Of a stretch of 64,000 bases of DNA, positions 60,150-64,000 are shown piece after piece (position 1 is the first letter of the stretch; every line of letters begins with the position of its first letter). Both the position numbers and the translations under genes were made by a program. The stretch spans positions 51,150,001 to 51,214,000 of the forward strand of contig NC_091286.1 of the NCBI RefSeq assembly GCF_032444005.1. The letters are read 5' to 3'. Below the pieces are notes generated by a model. It was not told the DNA's origin. It made no database searches and was given only the letters and a program-made list of their open reading frames with translations. This DNA is from Ranitomeya imitator (Eukaryota).

Positions 60150-61503
60150 CCGGTGCTTCTTACAAAATTAGAATATCATCAAAAAGTTAATTTAAGTTCT
60201 TCAAAACAAAAAGTGAAACTCATATATTATATAGAGTCATTACAAACAGAGTGATCTATTTCAAGTGTTTATTTCTGTTAATGTTGATGATTATGGCTTA
60301 CAGCCAATGAAAACCCTAAAGTTATTATCTTAATAAACTAGAATAATTAACAAAAAACACTTGCAAAGCCTACTTAAGAGTTTAAAAAGGTCCCTTAGTC
60401 AGTTCAGTAGGCTCCACAATCATGGGGAAGACTGCTAATTTGACACTCCACAAGGCGGATAAGCCACAAAAGGTCATTGATAAAGAAGCTGGCTGTTCAC
60501 AGAGTGCCGCATCCAAGCATATTAATGGAAAGTTGAGTGGAAGGAAAATGTGTAGTAGAAAAAGGTGCACAAGCAACTGGGATAACTGCAGCCTTGAAAG
60601 GATTGTTAAGAAAAGGTCATTAAAAAATTTGGGGGAGATTCACAAAGAGTGGACTGCTGATGGCATTCTTTCAAGAGCCGCCACACACAGATATATCCAG
60701 GACATGGGCTACAAGTGTCACATTCCTTGTGTCAAGCCATTGATGACCATTAGACAACACCAGAAGCATCTTAACTGGGCCAAGGAGAAAGAGAACTGGA
60801 CTGTTGCTCAGTGGTCCAAGGTGTTGTTTTGAGATTAAAGAAAATTTTGCATTTCATGTGGAAATGAGTCCCAGTGTCTGGAGAAATAGTGGAGAGGCCA
60901 CAATCCAAAGTTTTTGCGGTCTATTGTAAAGTTTCCACAATCAGTGATGGTTTGGGGAGCCATGACATCTGCTGGTGTAGGTCCACTGTGTTTTATCAAG
61001 ACCAAAGTCAGCGCAGCCTTCTGACCTTAACTCCATAGAGAATCCATGGGGTATTGTCAAGAGGAAGATGAAAGAGTCCAGACCCAACAATGCAAACGAG
61101 CTGAAGACTGCTATAAATGAACATGGGCTTCCATAACACCTCAGCAGTGCCACAGGCTGATCGCCTCCATGCCAAGCCACATTGATGCAGTAATTGATGC
61201 AAAAGGAGCCCCGACCAAGTATTGAGTGCATTTACTGAACATACATTTCAGTAGGCCAACATTTCAGATTTTAAAATCATCTTTTCAAGCTGGTGTTATA
61301 AAGTATTCTAATTTACTGAGATAATGACTTTTGTGTTGTCAATGGCTTTAAGCCATAATCTTCAACATTAACAGAAATAAACACTTAAAATAGATCACTC
61401 TGTTTGTAATGACTCTATATACTACATGAGTTTCACTTTTTGTATTGAAAAGCTTAAATAAATTAACTTTTTGATGATATTCTAATTTTGTGAGAAGCAC
61501 CTG
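60150..61503 (+). mobile_element. Tc1 element with ~200-bp TIRs and a deleted, frameshifted transposase
   Basis: TA TSD; TIR C(C/A)GGTGCTTCT(T/C)ACAAAATTAGAATATCATC; ORF from 60422 (MGKTANLT..AGCSQSA.SK..RKRCTS..WSKVLF); internal deletion removes the second catalytic D region. Confidence 0.9.
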
Positions 61504-61667
61504 TAGACTGGTGAGATTTTGAAAAAAATGTTGTGCCAAATAGTAACATAAGAAAACTATATGTGATATTTGCGCTAAGTTCACCTATATGAAGCCATAA
61601 ATAGTTAAAATACTAAGAAATGTCATAAACAAGGTTCCCCATACAGGACTTTGATTAACAAAATGTG

Positions 61668-62500
61668 TGTTAGGGCTAGCGGAACGCACCGAGTAAATAG
61701 AGATGTTTATTGATATTGGTGCGTTCGCAGCCCGGGGTCCACCGTGCAGGAGTACCTGCTGCTAGCAAACGGCTGCGAGCTATATGGCGGTATAGACTAA
61801 CTCAGTTAATTCACTGAGTAGCCGTGAAAGGAAAGCACTGTGCCCTGTTAGACTCCACAGAGGCACAGGCTAACTGCCCAAACAGAGAGCATTCAGTGGT
61901 CACACAAACACACAAAACTCCTCGCCGGAGGAGCCAGCATTCTAGGGGCATATTTCAGCCGGGTCCCTGAACACACATACATGTGACCACACTGGCGCAA
62001 AGCACATAACATAAGACAATACTAGCACATGGCCGTGCGGTCATGCGCAGTTTATATAGTTGCAGCACAGGAAGCTGCTACTGAAGTTTTTGCCCTTTCA
62101 GGACCTTCCAGAAGGACCAATGGAAAGTGCTGCAGTACCTGAGCATGTTTTGCCCTTTCAGGAACTTCCAGAAGGACCAATGGAATGTACTGCAGCACCT
62201 GAGCATGTGACCGAACATGTGGCCCTCGACCTCCAATGGGAGACCCTGCCCTGGGCATGCTCAGTGTGAGTAAACAAGGACTTAGTCCCAGAGAGGCTCG
62301 CTCGCCGCAGATCAGTGCAGGGTACCATAGGAAAGCCAGAAAAGGCAGTAGTGACCCTATGCACCGAATCAGCCCCAGCGAGACGCTGGGAGCGACGTCT
62401 CCACTGAGCAGAGCCCACTGCGGCCGATACCGAATGGGAGACCGCAGCAGACACGGATCGAGATTTCCCCTGTGCAGCAGAGGAAACGCGACTCCTAACA
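61668..62500 (-). mobile_element. 3' LTR of a Ty3/Gypsy chromovirus (833 bp)
   Basis: TGTTAGG / CCTAACA termini; polypurine tract AGGAGGGGGGGTAA immediately before it on the minus strand; two ~60-bp internal repeats at 62083-62210. Confidence 0.9.
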
Positions 62501-63999
62501 TTACCCCCCCTCCTAGGGCCCCCCTCTCCTTGAGCCTCACTACGCTCAAAAGCTGCGATAAGCAGCAGAGCCCGAATGTGCTCCACAGGCTCCCAGGTTC
62601 TATCCTCTGGGCCGTGACCCTTCCAGTCCACCAGATAAAATTTCTTGCCACGCACCACCTTGCACCCCACAATAGCATTCACCTCAAACTCATCCGTGGA
62701 TGAACCCGATGTCCCAGCAGATGACTCGGAAAACCGGGACAAATGAACGGGCTTTAAGAGGGAAACGTGGAAAGTATCGGTGATACCAAGGCGTGGAGGA
62801 ATAGCCAAACGGTAGACCACAGGGTTGACCTGTTCCAGAACCTTAAACGGGCCAATGTAGCGAGGAGCAAACTTAGTGGACTCAACTCGCAGCCTGATGT
62901 TACGGGCGGAGAGCCACACTAAGTCGCCAGGAGCAAAGACCGGAGCGGGGCGCCGGTGTGTATCAGCCGAAACCCTCATTCTCTCCTTGGAGGCCCGGAT
63001 GGCATCCTGTGTGCAGTCCCAGATGTCAAGTGCCTCCACCGCCCAGTCTGCCACCCTAGAATCGGTGGATGACATGAGCATGGGCACAGGGACACGCGGA
63101 TGCTGGCCGTAATTAAGGAGAAAAGGAGTTTGACCAGTGGAATCGGCTACGGCGTTGTTCAGGGCAAATTGCGCCCAAGGTAGCAAAGATGCCCAGTCAT
63201 CCTGCCTAGCAGAGACGAAATGTCGCAAATATGTCACCAGAGTCTGGTTGGTTCTCTCCACCAACCCATTCGTCTCGGGATGGTATGCAGAGGAGAGGTT
63301 TAACTCTATGCTGAGTAAACGGCAGAGCTCTCTCCAAAACCGAGATGCGAACTGGGGACCCCGATCGCTGACAATCTTATCAGGCATACCATGCAAACGG
63401 AAAACGTGTTTAATAAACAACACCGCCAAGGCCCGTGCTGAGGGTAACCGAGGAAGCGGCACCAAATGCACCATCTTGGAGAAATGGTCGGTGACAACCC
63501 AAATAATGGAGCAGCCACGCGACTTGGGTAGACCCACCACAAAGTCCATCCCGACCATCTCCCAGGGCCTGTCTGCCACCGGTAGAGGGTAAAGCAACCC
63601 AGCAGGCCGTTGCCGAGGAGACCGATTCTGGACGCAAGAAACGCACGCCTGAATATAGTCCTTGACATCTCGGGCCATATGCGGCCACCAGTATGTTCTC
63701 GCCAGAAGCTCAGATGTCCTCTTGGTCCCAAAATGCCCACCCACTCTGGAGGAGTGAGCCCAAGAGAGAACCTCCGGTCGCAAGTTAGCTGGTACGAAAG
63801 TCTTGCCCGGGGGCACAGACTCTAGCGAAACCGGAGCTACAGTTCTCAGGCTCTCAGAAGGGACAATAGGCCGAGGCTCCTCCTCCGATGACACCACGGA
63901 GCGGGAGAGAGCGTCAGCACGAACGTTCTTCTCCCCAGAGAGGAAATGGAGAGTAAAATGGAACCGGGAGAAGAACAGGGACCATCTAGCCTGGCGAGA
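62158..63999 (-). CDS. Gypsy pol 3' part: RNase H end, HHCC-DD35E integrase, GPY/F, chromodomain (runs off the window)
   Basis: RQARWSLFF..KNVRADALSR; H..H..C..C; GMDF..IVSD(35)E; FAPRYIGPF; FEVNAIV..FYLVDWKG..TWEP. No stop in the visible part; frame runs into the LTR. Confidence 0.93.
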   Translation of the reverse strand, partial: SRQARWSLFFSRFHFTLHFLSGEKNVRADALSRSVVSSEEEPRPIVPSESLRTVAPVSLESVPPGKTFVPANLRPEVLSWAHSSRVGGHFGTKRTSELLARTYWWPHMARDVKDYIQACVSCVQNRSPRQRPAGLLYPLPVADRPWEMVGMDFVVGLPKSRGCSIIWVVTDHFSKMVHLVPLPRLPSARALAVLFIKHVFRLHGMPDKIVSDRGPQFASRFWRELCRLLSIELNLSSAYHPETNGLVERTNQTLVTYLRHFVSARQDDWASLLPWAQFALNNAVADSTGQTPFLLNYGQHPRVPVPMLMSSTDSRVADWAVEALDIWDCTQDAIRASKERMRVSADTHRRPAPVFAPGDLVWLSARNIRLRVESTKFAPRYIGPFKVLEQVNPVVYRLAIPPRLGITDTFHVSLLKPVHLSRFSESSAGTSGSSTDEFEVNAIVGCKVVRGKKFYLVDWKGHGPEDRTWEPVEHIRALLLIAAFERSEAQGEGGPRRGGNVRSRVSSAAQGKSRSVSAAVSHSVSAAVGSAQWRRRSQRLAGADSVHRVTTAFSGFPMVPCTDLRRASLSGTKSLFTHTEHAQGRVSHWRSRATCSVTCSGAAVHSIGPSGSS

Positions 64000-64000
64000 A

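Overview
Repeat-saturated vertebrate genomic DNA, most likely from an anuran amphibian (inferred from the element families, not proven). I found no host protein-coding gene, tRNA, rRNA or CRISPR array that I can support. The window is a stack of transposons: a near-intact CR1 LINE (SGNH-esterase ORF1 remnant plus an uninterrupted 926-aa APE/RT ORF2), an internally deleted L1, L2 and CR1 fragments, a full-length DD34D mariner, Tc1 relics, a chromodomain Ty3/Gypsy 3' end, solo LTRs, a 5'-truncated Penelope-like element (PLE, GIY-YIG) and many MITEs (Harbinger, hAT, Kolobok/T2, piggyBac-like), often nested 3-4 deep. There is one 251-N gap. The most interesting signal is non-coding: about ten minimal type I hammerhead ribozyme (HHR) motifs, from intact to decayed. 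Two sit in ORF-less elements of identical design (14-15 bp TSD, short arm, spacer, long inverted arm plus tail, with a 4-nt arm/TSD overlap). Others sit in a ~309-bp head-to-tail unit with an octamer motif (satellite-2/retrozyme-like), in a TSD-flanked insertion ending in four poly(A)-punctuated repeats, and in the PLE 3' end. All coordinates and alignments were read by eye; no searches were run.
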